DNA from: a bacterium | GTDB taxonomy: Bacteria; UBA8248 | Assembly: GCA_965261085.1 (NCBI GenBank) | Contig: OZ253442.1 | Coordinates: 1,504,001 to 1,568,000 of the forward strand | Length of the DNA stretch: 64,000 bases | Direction: 5' to 3' | Shown here: one piece after another, positions 8,756-18,089 of the stretch | Numbering within the stretch: the first letter of the stretch is position 1 | How the letters are laid out: each line of letters starts with the position of its first letter | Notes under the pieces: generated by a model | What the model was told of the DNA's origin: nothing | Database searches by the model: none | What the model saw: the letters and a program-made list of their open reading frames with translations, nothing else | Position numbers and translations under genes: made by a program

Positions 8756-10207
8756 ATGAACTTTTACATCCGATGGCTTGCGCTCGCTGCCGCGGTCGCT
8801 TTTCTCCCGTCCCCCGTATCGGCCCATGGGTTCGGCCAAAGGTATGATTTGCCGGTGCCCCTGGGCCTGTTCATGATCGGCGCGGGCGCATCCGTGGTCC
8901 TTTCGTTTCTGGGCATGGGGCTTTTCGTGCGCGACAAACGAGAGGATGGGGATTATCCGGGCTACAACCTGCTCGATTCCCCTGTTTTCGGGTGGATGGG
9001 CGGTGCGGTTTTCCTGTCTCTCGTAAGAGTGCTTTCCGTCGTTTTGTTTTGCGTGACGCTGGTGGCGGGTTTTTGGGGAACCGATGAGCCGGAAAAAAAC
9101 ATCGCGCCCACCATGATCTGGATCATCTGGTGGGTGGGGCTGGCCTATGTGTGCGCGCTGATGGGGAATCTGTGGTCGCTGGTGAATCCTTGGGAGGTCA
9201 TCTTTTCCTGGGCGGAGGCGCTCTACCGGAAAATGAGACCGGGCGATTCCTTATCGCTCGAGCAACCATACTCCGAGCGTCTGGGCGTGTGGCCGGCTTT
9301 GTGTCTGTTCTTGTGGTTCGCCTGGGCGGAGATCGTCTGGCCATACAATGACATTCCACACAATCTCTCGACCGCCGCCCTCGGGTATTCCATCATCACC
9401 TGGGCCGGCATGCTCGTGCATGGGAAAAAGGCGTGGCTCGAGCGGGGGGAGCCGTTTTCCATCATATTCGGCGTGATGGGCCGTTTTGCCGTCACCGAGG
9501 GACGCGCGAGTGGAGAGGGGACTAGAGAGTGGCGGCTGAGGCCGCCTGCCGCGGGCCTTCTGAAAACGGACGATATGAGCGGCTCCATGGTGGTTATGGT
9601 GGTGTTGATGTTGGCGACGGTGAGTTTTGACGGTTTTACGGAAACGCCGCTTTGGCACGTGCTCCGGGCGGGAATATACAACCAGATCGTCTGGGTGGGG
9701 CGCGATGCTCTGCTCGTGGCGGATACCATCGCGCTCATCGCGGTTCCGGGGCTGTTCCTGGGCGTGTATTACCTGTTCTGCACCCTGATGCGCGCCATGA
9801 GCGGGAGTGCGCTCTCCACGCAGGAATTCGCGCGCTTGTTCGTGCTTTCTTTGGTGCCCATCGCGATTGGCTACCACATAGCGCATTATTTCTCCTTTCT
9901 CTTCATTCAGGGACAACGCATCATCCCGCTCCTGTCCGACCCGCTCGGGATGGGCTGGAATCTGTGGGGGACCGCCGCCTATAAGGTCGATATCGGGGTC
10001 ATCGGCGCGAAGACGACCTGGTATGCTTCCATCGCAGCGATCGTCATCGGCCATATATGCGCCGTTTATCTCGCGCATGTGACGGCGCTGCGCGCGCTCG
10101 AGAACCGCTTCGCCGCTGTGCGCAGCCAATACCCGATGCTCGTTCTCATGGTGGGTTACACCATGGTGAGCTTGTGGATCATCGCGCAGCCGATAACCGG
10201 GGGCTGA
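8756..10207 (+). CDS. Polytopic membrane protein ('fenitrothion hydrolase'-annotated family, function unverified)
   Basis: Signal-like N-terminus followed by AHGFGQRYDLPVP, WWVGL, NPW, VSFDGF.ETP.W, LVPIAIGYHIAHY, SDPLG.GWNL.GT and SQYPM. Confidence 0.75.
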   Translation: MNFYIRWLALAAAVAFLPSPVSAHGFGQRYDLPVPLGLFMIGAGASVVLSFLGMGLFVRDKREDGDYPGYNLLDSPVFGWMGGAVFLSLVRVLSVVLFCVTLVAGFWGTDEPEKNIAPTMIWIIWWVGLAYVCALMGNLWSLVNPWEVIFSWAEALYRKMRPGDSLSLEQPYSERLGVWPALCLFLWFAWAEIVWPYNDIPHNLSTAALGYSIITWAGMLVHGKKAWLERGEPFSIIFGVMGRFAVTEGRASGEGTREWRLRPPAAGLLKTDDMSGSMVVMVVLMLATVSFDGFTETPLWHVLRAGIYNQIVWVGRDALLVADTIALIAVPGLFLGVYYLFCTLMRAMSGSALSTQEFARLFVLSLVPIAIGYHIAHYFSFLFIQGQRIIPLLSDPLGMGWNLWGTAAYKVDIGVIGAKTTWYASIAAIVIGHICAVYLAHVTALRALENRFAAVRSQYPMLVLMVGYTMVSLWIIAQPITGG

Positions 10208-10360
10208 TGGCTTGCGGGTTCCATTGCCCGAAGCCGCTTCATCGTCCCCGAAGATGAGTCTCATCCTGCGTCTTCAAATGCCCGTCTCGACATGGCTTTG
10301 GCCCCGCTCCTCTGATAAGACATCCATCTTGCGCTGTTTTTAGTTTCGTAGATTTTTTTC

Positions 10361-11266
10361 GTGTTTCAGGCTGGGAGAAGCGCCATAACTAATGCGCTGC
10401 TGGCGGCGGGATATGCCCTGGGCACCGCGTCGATGTCCTCGGCCTTTAGCCTCATCGCCAGGCGGGGGCAGCGGCACGGCACTGCCATGACGGGCGTCGT
10501 CATTGGTTTGGTAGTCAACGTTCCCTGGCTGGTGGCGCTCACGATTCTCACCTGGGAACCCGCCTATTGGAGTATGGAGGCCTGGTTCTGGTTCTTCTTG
10601 TCTGGCATCACGGGGCCGTCGCTTGGGCGCGTGTTCATGTTCCATGCCATACATCGCCTGGGCGTTTCGCGTGCGGTTCCTCTGCTGGCGGCCAATCCGC
10701 TCTTTTCGGCTGCTTTCGCCTATGTATTTTTGGGGGAGCGGCCGGGAGTTTACGTCTGGGCGGGAATTTTCCTGGTCGTTTTCGGCTGCGCCGGAATCAC
10801 CTACCAGCGCAAGAGCGACGCTCCCTGGAACAGGCGCGACATCTGGTTGCCCCTGATGGCCGTGTTGGGGTTTTCCACGTCGAACATTTTCAGAAAAATT
10901 GGCATTGACCTCGTTCCCTCCGCGCTGCTCGGTATCACGCTCACCAGCGTTTTCGGTCTCCTGGCGCTGATCGCGCTCGTGTGGTTTCTGCCCAAGGCCC
11001 AGCACCCATCTCTCAAATGGGGAAAGGCCTGGCATTTTTACGGTCCCTGCGGGCTCATCAACACCCTGGCGTTTTTAAGTCATTTCGCCGCCTTGAAGTA
11101 CGGGTCCGTTTCGGTCGTATCGCCGCTTTCATCCACGGCGCCGTTCTTTGCGCTCTTGTTCACGTGGATATTCTTGCGCGACCTGGAGCGCATCACGCTG
11201 CCCATCTTGCTGGGGACAGTATGCGTCGTAGCGGGAGGGGTGCTCATCGCTCTGAAAGCGATGTAG
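10361..11266 (+). CDS. EamA/DMT family transporter (paralog of 7343-8224)
   Basis: About 10 TM helices. Shares TWEP, GP..GRV, LGERPGVY and ERIT.PILLGT with the first EamA. Confidence 0.88.
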   Translation: MFQAGRSAITNALLAAGYALGTASMSSAFSLIARRGQRHGTAMTGVVIGLVVNVPWLVALTILTWEPAYWSMEAWFWFFLSGITGPSLGRVFMFHAIHRLGVSRAVPLLAANPLFSAAFAYVFLGERPGVYVWAGIFLVVFGCAGITYQRKSDAPWNRRDIWLPLMAVLGFSTSNIFRKIGIDLVPSALLGITLTSVFGLLALIALVWFLPKAQHPSLKWGKAWHFYGPCGLINTLAFLSHFAALKYGSVSVVSPLSSTAPFFALLFTWIFLRDLERITLPILLGTVCVVAGGVLIALKAM

Positions 11267-11296
11267 CGCACAACCTTCGCGGTCCTCTCGTGCGGC

Positions 11297-11842
11297 TCAA
11301 CCCGTGAGAAGCGCCCTTATCGTGGGAGCAATCTCCTTCGCGCGTCCGCTGAGTTGCTCATCCGTGAGGCTGCCTACGGGATGGGGGATATAAGCCACCG
11401 GGTAGTCCGGCATGCCGCGCACCTTGGAGACCATTTCGACCGTGGGCCGGAAGGGCTCGGTGCAGATGACGGCCGTGGGGACGCCTTTTTTCTCCAACTC
11501 GATTCCATCGTGCACACTGCACGAAGAGCAGGAGCCTCAGTCGCCCACCGCGGTAATGGCGAGGTCGCATTTCTGGGCCATCTCCGCATACACTTCCGGC
11601 TTCGCCGGTCGGGTGTCGTATTCTTTGGACAATTCAACGGCGAGGTCCGGGTCCGCGCCGTCCTCCTTCAATTCGTCCAATATGTAGCGCATGAGCTTGT
11701 CTGCGCCCACCTTGGAGTTCCAGAGCAAACCGATGCGCTTGCCCGCGAGCACGCCGTCACGGTTTGTACGGTCTTCGGTTTCGATTTCAGGCTCCACGGT
11801 AGGATCGTAAATCGGTATTGCGGTTTCTACGATGGGGTTCAT
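11297..11842 (-). CDS. UGSC-family selenoprotein (Sec at TGA 11537-11539), thioredoxin-like UxxC
   Basis: ORFs 11537-11842 and 11297-11515 are in frame. Read-through gives AVGD-U-GSCSSCSVHDGIELEKKGVPT. Confidence 0.88.
11508..11524 (-). promoter_or_regulatory. Bacterial SECIS-like hairpin
   Basis: UCGUGCA-GUG-UGCACGA stem-loop starting 12 nt after the UGA, with G as the first loop base. Confidence 0.65.
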
Positions 11843-11973
11843 CGAATGCCTCCTCCTGTATGGTCATCATCGCCGGGATGATTTCTCGTTTTGTATTCCA
11901 TAAACTGATTTTCTCTCGGGTGGCCTCTTTCTTCAATCAAAAGATAGTCTCTGGTGAAGATTCCTCGTATACG

Positions 11974-13023
11974 TCAAACGCCTGATTTATGAGACTCCCG
12001 TCGCTCGGCCGCGCTCAGCACCGGACGGGTGACGACCTCGCCGTTTCGTCTCCTGCTCCAGGCGGGGACCCAGGAGGAGTGCCCGCCGGCCTCGCCTCCC
12101 GCGACGACGATGTAGATGTCATCGGGCTTGAGCGCGTGGCGCACGTTGCCGTAGTCATCGGCGGCGATGGGCTTGTCGAGCTTCCCGGTGCGCAGAAGCT
12201 GGCTCAGGGGAAGCGTCGCGTTTTCAAAGAAATACTCTTGTAATTCTTTTTTCGTGGGAAATTCCTCGGCCAAAAGGTGCGCGTGCTCGGGCGCAAAGAC
12301 GAAAAAGGATTGCCCCTCGCTCATGCTGCCCAGACCCGCCATGGTGGCGGCGGCGGTTTCGGCTATTCCCAGGCCTTTTCCGTAGTGGTTCTGGATGTTG
12401 TGCGGACCCTCTGCGGCGAGGAGCGTCACCGTGCTCGTCTCGGCCTCATAGCCAAGCTCGACGTTCAGCGCCTCCCAGGGGCTGTTTTCCTCCCATTCGG
12501 CGAAGGTGAAGCTGTATTTGCCCGGATTCCCCTGGGTGGAGCGATCCAGAAGGCCCGGCTTCGAGCCCAGGCAGTTGATGATGATGAGCCTGAGCGCGCG
12601 GCCTATCGTCGCACCCGCGCGGTTGCCCGGCCCGTAGATGTTTCCCTGCATGTTGAGGCCTATCTCGCGGCGAATCGGGCCGTTCACGACCATGAAGGGC
12701 GCCGCCCCGCCCGTGCTCGTGGCGCTCGAGTGAATGTTGTAGGCCGGATCGGCCATGGCTTCGAGCGCGGCGAGGATGACCGGCATGTAGGAAGGGAGAC
12801 ACCCCGCCATAATGGCGTTGAGCGCCACTTTTCCGGCCCGGACGGTTCTTTTTCGCTCCGCCAGGTGAAAGACGACGTCATCGGCGTCCAGCCCTGAGGC
12901 CTCCAGGAAGCGCTCCAGGAGTTCGGGCGTCGGAGGAATGACGGGCAAACCGTCCGTCCAGCCTTTCGCATGATACATCTCTATCGCTTCATAGACATCC
13001 GCCGCTTCGCTCACCGCTTCCAT
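11974..13023 (-). CDS. UGSC-associated conserved protein (GWTDGLPVIPPT family)
   Basis: GWTDGLPVIPPT, KVALNAIMAGC.P.YMPV, NGPI, GPGNRAGATIGRAL.L and GNPGKY. This family is usually adjacent or fused to UGSC proteins. Confidence 0.8.
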   Translation of the reverse strand: MEAVSEAADVYEAIEMYHAKGWTDGLPVIPPTPELLERFLEASGLDADDVVFHLAERKRTVRAGKVALNAIMAGCLPSYMPVILAALEAMADPAYNIHSSATSTGGAAPFMVVNGPIRREIGLNMQGNIYGPGNRAGATIGRALRLIIINCLGSKPGLLDRSTQGNPGKYSFTFAEWEENSPWEALNVELGYEAETSTVTLLAAEGPHNIQNHYGKGLGIAETAAATMAGLGSMSEGQSFFVFAPEHAHLLAEEFPTKKELQEYFFENATLPLSQLLRTGKLDKPIAADDYGNVRHALKPDDIYIVVAGGEAGGHSSWVPAWSRRRNGEVVTRPVLSAAERRESHKSGV

Positions 13024-13220
13024 GGGGTCTCCTGTGTTGGTGATGGCTTTTCTCCATGTAGCCGCAGGATATCCCAGAGAGCCGGTTTTGAAAATGCGGG
13101 TTTGCGTCCTTGGCTCCCGGTTTCATAAAGCCTTCGGGGTTGGTATATCATCCGTTCGATATCTCGCATCCAGCCGCCGCCTTCGGGAAGCGCATCTAAA
13201 CGAAGAGGGAATATCCTGCC

Positions 13221-13823
13221 ATGGATTTTGAGTTGATTCGCGCCGTAAACGCCCACTTTCAGCCGTTTTACCCCTATGCGGCGGCGGAGATTCATGCCGA
13301 ATACGGCAGAGACTCGGGCGACGTTCTGGAAATCGGCCCCTACGGCCCCGGCGTGGCGCTCGCCCTGGCTGCACGCTGTCCCGAAATGCGCCTCACATGC
13401 GGGGATGATTCCGAGACCCTGAATGATTACCTAGCCGAGACGATAGCGGAGGCGGGCATGGCTTCGCGCGTTCGCGTGGCGCCGCTCGACAAATACAGCC
13501 TGCCGTTCGAAGCGGCCTCCTTTGATCTGGTTGTCTTTAGGGGCGGACTTTTTTTCTGGGACGAGCAGGAGAGAATCGTCGCCGAGATCAATCGCGTCTT
13601 AAAGCCCGGCGGGATGGGCGCGCACGGCGGCGGCTTTGGTGCGGGCGCATCGGATGAGCTCATCGAATCGCTGCTGCCCGAGGCGCGCGATTTGAACAAC
13701 CGCCTCGGCAAAAAGCGCCTCTCCCGCGCGGATGTTCGACAAGTCGCTGAAAGTGTGGGCCTTACATCATTCCGGATCGCGGCGAAACACGGCCTCTGGC
13801 TCTATTGGGAGAAGGGGGACTAA
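13221..13823 (+). CDS. Class I SAM-dependent methyltransferase
   Basis: VLEIGPYGPG, LPFEAASFDLVV and RVLKPGG. Confidence 0.85.
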   Translation: MDFELIRAVNAHFQPFYPYAAAEIHAEYGRDSGDVLEIGPYGPGVALALAARCPEMRLTCGDDSETLNDYLAETIAEAGMASRVRVAPLDKYSLPFEAASFDLVVFRGGLFFWDEQERIVAEINRVLKPGGMGAHGGGFGAGASDELIESLLPEARDLNNRLGKKRLSRADVRQVAESVGLTSFRIAAKHGLWLYWEKGD

Positions 13824-14141
13824 AGCTTTCCGCACGTTTCGCCTGCGCAATTCCCCGCATTTCCTGTTTTTATGAGGGAGGCGATGCGTCTAATATACAT
13901 CATCGCGCCTCGGGAAAAACCCCCGTCCGGCCCCATTTTTCGCCGATTCAATCTTCAGAAATTTATCGAATAACCCCGTGAATTTATCTATATTTATCGA
14001 ATTTTTCAGAAATTCCTTATTCTCGAACGCGGCGATGCGCTTCGCCACCATACTTCAGTGCGCTTAATATCCCACGACGAAAATGCGGGGAAATGCGTGG
14101 TTAAACGTGAGCGGGAAGCGAGCGTTTACGCGCCCCGGGGA

Positions 14142-14225
14142 GGTCAATCGCGACCGATGAGGTCAGGCTTCCCCGAGGAGGGGAAGCCTGCGCCTTTGTC
14201 GCGACTGAGGAAGAAGCGATTGCTG
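14142..14225. repeat. Partial copy of the MITE-internal module seen at 15813-16070
   Basis: GGTCAATCGCGACCGA...GCGATTGCT, shared with the 15.8-16.07 kb element, with an internal CAGGCTTCCCC/GGGGAAGCCTG hairpin. Confidence 0.55.
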
Positions 14226-14276
14226 TTTACCGACCAATGCGGGAGGTGTTGCGAAGTTGCGGTTGAGACTAACCCC

Positions 14277-14840
14277 TCACGCCACCTTCAACAAACTCGT
14301 TTTCGTGAACACCGCATCCAGCTCGTAGCCGCGCGCGGCGAGGTTCTCGCGTCCGCCTTCTTCCCTGTCCACGAGGCAGATGACGTGGGCGACTTCGAGG
14401 CCTGCGCCCAGGGCCGCGTCGATGGCCGTGAAGGTGGAAGACGCGGTGGTCACCACGTCCTCGATGATGGCGACCTTCATCCCCGGCTTCAGGTTACCCG
14501 CCCCCTCGATGCGGTTCTGCATCCCGTGGCCCTTCTCGGCCTTCCGTATGATGAAGGCGGGAACGTCTCGGCCACAGAGCGCGGCGGTCATCGAGACGGC
14601 CGTCACCATCGGGTCGGCGCCCAGCGTGGGTCCGCCCACGGCCTGGACGCCGCCGTCCTTGATGCGCTCGAAGATCACCCGGCCCACGAGCCGCGCCCCC
14701 TCCCCGTGTAAGGTCACCTGGCGGCAGTCGACGTAAAAATCGCTCACCTTGCCCGAGGCGAGCGTCACCGTTTTTTTCTCATACGCTTTTTCCAGCAGAA
14801 GCCCTCGCAGAGCTCCCAGGTCCGCATCGTTGCTCGTCAT
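14277..14840 (-). CDS. pyrE: Orotate phosphoribosyltransferase
   Basis: TLASGKVSDFYVDCR, GGPTLGADP, IRK..KGHG, IIEDVVTT and VDREEGG. Confidence 0.95.
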   Translation of the reverse strand: MTSNDADLGALRGLLLEKAYEKKTVTLASGKVSDFYVDCRQVTLHGEGARLVGRVIFERIKDGGVQAVGGPTLGADPMVTAVSMTAALCGRDVPAFIIRKAEKGHGMQNRIEGAGNLKPGMKVAIIEDVVTTASSTFTAIDAALGAGLEVAHVICLVDREEGGRENLAARGYELDAVFTKTSLLKVA

Positions 14841-14866
14841 GGCGTTGCCTCTATGTATCGATGGAT

Positions 14867-15199
14867 TTATTCGGGCGCGTCTTCGGTGGTCCGAATCTTG
14901 TGGTAGAGGTGGAGGGCGGCTTCCGCGAAGGCCTCGGGCACCATGAGGTGCACCGAACCCAGATTCGTCCGGCTGAAGGCGTAGACGGAACCCGCCGAGT
15001 CGTAGCTCAGGTGCACGGGAATTTGTTCGGCCTCGAGCCTGCCTTTCAGGATCAGGGCCTCCATCTGCCCGCCCACCGTGGCGATGCGCTTAAGATCCGA
15101 TGATCCCTTCACGCCCTCAGGCGTCTTATCGCCCCACACGTTATCGCTCCTCAATCGGGATTCAGAAACCACCGGCCCATGTTCGGGGAAATTCGCCAC
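14867..15199 (-). CDS. DUF2007-like (putative signal-transducing) small protein; start uncertain
   Basis: EALILKGRLEAEQIP...VHLMVPE...AEAA pattern. Confidence 0.65.
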   Translation of the reverse strand: MANFPEHGPVVSESRLRSDNVWGDKTPEGVKGSSDLKRIATVGGQMEALILKGRLEAEQIPVHLSYDSAGSVYAFSRTNLGSVHLMVPEAFAEAALHLYHKIRTTEDAPE

Positions 15200-15350
15200 G
15201 GGCGCAAGGGTAATCCCCCGTCTTCATTCTGATTGATTTCCATACCTCCCCGCCGCCCGCGGTTTCCCGAGGCGCGACGCATGGGGTGGACATGTGAAAA
15301 ACCGGGCCGCATATATGCGGCCCCTACGGATGGCCTTTTCACAAATGTCT

Positions 15351-15662
15351 GTAGGGGACGCATACATGCGTCCCTGCTCTTTGTTTCGATCGTCATCTCG
15401 CAATGCTTGTATGCTGGAAGCAGCGGGGAGTTTGGTTGCTATTCCAAAAGAGGCTCTGGATTTCCTATGAAATCATCACGGAACGACGGCTCTGTGTTGC
15501 TCTCCCCGTAGGGGCGGTTCGCGACTTGTGGGACGACCCCGAGGAGGGGTTGTCTCTACGGCGGGTTTGCCTTTTGTCGTCATTCCGGCATACGCCGGAA
15601 TCCAGGCGGACGAGAAATTCATCGGTTCTGGGTTCCGGCATGAAAGCATTGCGGAATGACGA
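15351..15662. repeat. Cluster of REP-like palindromes
   Basis: GTAGGGGACGCATACATGCGTCCCT (15351), GTAGGGGCGGTTCGCGA (15508), and GTCATTCCGGCATACGCCGGAATCC...CGGAATGACGA (15577-15662). Confidence 0.7.
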
Positions 15663-15726
15663 GCACAGGCGGACCGTAGGTGGGCATTAGGGGTCGCCCC
15701 TGTGCAACGCCCTGTCGGCTGATAAT

Positions 15727-16176
15727 CACTCCCCCCTTGAGGGTCAATCCCGATTGAAGAATGAGGGATTGTCGGCAAGACAAGGTCGAAGTCCGAAGTC
15801 GCGCCGGTGGGGGGTCAATCGCGACCGAGAAGGGGTTGTTGAAAAAGACCCCTTTTTAGAGAGTAGAGGGGACACCCCTTTCGACTGGTAAAAGCAACCC
15901 CCCTGTCCCCCCTTGTCAGGGGGCTTTTCTTCCACCCCCTTGTCAGGGGGGCTTTTCTTCCACCCCCTCGTCGGGGGGCATCGCCTTTACCCCCCTGAAA
16001 AGGGGGGACAGGGGGGTTGCTCCCTTGACAAAGGCTTTTTCAACAGCCCCGAGAAGGGAGCGATTGCTCATTTTTAAGTCAGGCAGCCCCTCCCTCCCCG
16101 GTCGGGGCTGACCCCCCACGCATCAGCCTTCGCACAAAACGCTCGGCTTCTCCTACTCCCCCTCAAGGGGGGAGTG
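15727..16176. mobile_element. Non-autonomous MITE-like element (outer)
   Basis: Terminal inverted repeats CACTCCCCCCTTGAGGG / CCCTCAAGGGGGGAGTG. A related copy lies at 29058-29230. Confidence 0.7.
15832..16050. mobile_element. Nested MITE with IS1182/IS5-like ends and a GAGAA target-site duplication
   Basis: TIRs GGGGTTGTTGAAAAAG / CTTTTTCAACAGCCCC (15/16 match). GAGAA flanks both sides (15827-15831, 16051-16055). Internal tandem CCCCCTTGTCAGGGGGCTTTTCTTCCA units. Confidence 0.75.
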
Positions 16177-16324
16177 GTAGGAGCGGCGGCGGACAGCCAA
16201 TTAAGTCTGTCACTACCAAGTCCATGGATTCATCCTGCAGGTGTGCCGTCTTCTTATCCTCGCTCCCGGTTGGTTTCCTATTCCATGAAATGGTAATTTG
16301 TGCCCAGCAAACGGAGGAAACGTC

Positions 16325-17281
16325 TTGCGCCGGTATTCACTCATCATTCTGGCGGCGGCCCTTGGGCTGCTGGTTCATCCGTGCGGCGATGCCCTGGCCG
16401 GGCCCGCACGGGAAGGAATTACGCCGCGCCCGAATCAGGCGGCCCCGATTCAGTCGGCCAAGCCCGGCGGCCCCACGGCTTCGGCTCCTTTCGTCGTGGT
16501 GATCGACCCCGGACATGGGGGCCGGGATGCGGGGAGTCGCGGCGCGCTGCTTTTAGAGAAGGATTTCGCACTCCGCGCGGCGGGGATGTTGGCCGCGCTC
16601 TTGTCCAGACGCCCCGAGGTGAAGGCGATCCTCACGCGCGAGGCCGACACGGAGATGACCGCCGTGCAGCGCGCCTCGGTGGCGAATTACAACGCCGCCT
16701 CCTTGTTCCTCACCCTGCACGCGGACGCCTCCTGGCGGCCCGGCGCGCGAGGGCCCGTGATCCTGGTGGCCGCGCCCCGCCGTCCGCCGCGCGTGGCGGG
16801 AGAGCCGGCCCAGGCCGTCGCGTTTCGCTGGCAGCGGAGCCAGAACATCCATCTGGCCTCGAACCGCCGCTTCGCCTTAGGAATACAGAGACGCTTCGCC
16901 GCCATACGTCCCGACGAAAAACCCCCGCTCCACATTCTGGCCGTGCGCGATCTCGAAGGCGCGCGCATGCCCGCGGCCTACGTGAGCCTGGGCGTCATCA
17001 GCACGCCCGAGGATGAGGCGCGCTTGAGCGAGACAGGAGAAGAAGACCCCTACCTCACGGCGCTCGCAAAGGAGGTGCTCAAATTCGCGGGCCTCACGGA
17101 AGACCTGCCCCCGAAACCGCCTGCGCCCGTAGAGGCCGCGCCGTCCGATTCATCACAGTCACTTGAGTCGGCGCAACCGCCGGAATCATCCGAATCGCAA
17201 GCCGCGCCGTCTGAATCGCCACAACCCGATGCGAGTGCGCCCGAGGCGCAAAACGCCGCTCCGGCGGGGGAGGGGCGCTAG
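16325..17281 (+). CDS. N-acetylmuramoyl-L-alanine amidase (Amidase_3) with a Pro/Ser-rich tail
   Basis: Signal peptide, VVIDPGHGGRD.G, EKD, LTR, RA.VAN and LHADA. TTG start after GGAGGA. Confidence 0.85.
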   Translation: MRRYSLIILAAALGLLVHPCGDALAGPAREGITPRPNQAAPIQSAKPGGPTASAPFVVVIDPGHGGRDAGSRGALLLEKDFALRAAGMLAALLSRRPEVKAILTREADTEMTAVQRASVANYNAASLFLTLHADASWRPGARGPVILVAAPRRPPRVAGEPAQAVAFRWQRSQNIHLASNRRFALGIQRRFAAIRPDEKPPLHILAVRDLEGARMPAAYVSLGVISTPEDEARLSETGEEDPYLTALAKEVLKFAGLTEDLPPKPPAPVEAAPSDSSQSLESAQPPESSESQAAPSESPQPDASAPEAQNAAPAGEGR

Positions 17282-17282
17282 G

Positions 17283-18089
17283 GTGTCCAGGAAGATCGCG
17301 CTCGCCGTCTTGGTCATCCTGATTAGCGGAGCGCTCGTGTGGAATTTTCAGGAAGCAGTGCTCGACTTCATGGAGCCGGGCCGCGACGCCGCGCTCGATC
17401 CCGCGCGGCGAAACGCCACGCGCGCGCCGAGCGTGAAGAAGACGCTTTATTTCGCAGGCTCCGAAGAAGACTTGCTGGTTCCCTACCCCGTGGAAGTGGA
17501 GATCGGAAAAGACAACGTCGATACCCTGCACAACGTACTGGCGGCCCTCATCGAGGGACCCAAGGGGGAGGGGTATGCGCCGATCATCCCCAAGGGCGCC
17601 AAGCTGCGCGCCGCGTTTCCGGGGCCCGATGCAATCGCCTACGTCGATTTCGACGAGACCTTCAGGGACGCGCACCCGGGCGGCGCATGGGCGGAGTTGA
17701 TGACCGCCTATGGTGTGGCCAACACCGTCATCAGGAATTTTCCGGATCTCTTCGATCGCGTCGTGCTGCTCATCGGGGGACAGGAGGCGCAGAGCATCGC
17801 CGGTTCGCTCGCCATCACGGGTCCGCTCAGGGCGCGTGAGGAGTTGATATCGAAACGAGCACCCGTCCCCACGGCGGGTGATGCTCCCCCGAGGGCGTCA
17901 AACGAGAAGGCGGTGGGCGACGCGCCCGCGACGGCCACTGGGCAGCCTCCCGCAAGCGCCGTGGGAGTGCCCAAGGAGAACCTTCCGCCGGTGGGCGGCG
18001 CTCCGGTCGGGGCCGTAGGCGTGCCCGAGAAGAAGCAGGACGTGGGCGCGGTGGGCGCACCTACCGGTGAGCCTGAAAATTCGCGTTAA
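17283..18089 (+). CDS. GerMN-domain membrane-anchored protein
   Basis: N-terminal TM, TLYFA, ALIEGP...IIPKGAKL, AYVDFD...HPGG..AEL...YGVANT and V.LLIGG. Low-complexity AVGVP tail. Confidence 0.85.
   Translation: MSRKIALAVLVILISGALVWNFQEAVLDFMEPGRDAALDPARRNATRAPSVKKTLYFAGSEEDLLVPYPVEVEIGKDNVDTLHNVLAALIEGPKGEGYAPIIPKGAKLRAAFPGPDAIAYVDFDETFRDAHPGGAWAELMTAYGVANTVIRNFPDLFDRVVLLIGGQEAQSIAGSLAITGPLRAREELISKRAPVPTAGDAPPRASNEKAVGDAPATATGQPPASAVGVPKENLPPVGGAPVGAVGVPEKKQDVGAVGAPTGEPENSR

Noticed and set aside
15151-15935. Short ORFs in the 15.2-16.2 kb region, and 29184-29435
   Set aside because: They are translations of REP and MITE repeats without an RBS or protein motifs.
15890-16020. CRISPR-like array in the CCCCCTTGTCAGGGGG repeats
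   Set aside because: Only 2-3 adjacent units, no unique spacers and no cas genes. They lie inside a TIR-bounded MITE.
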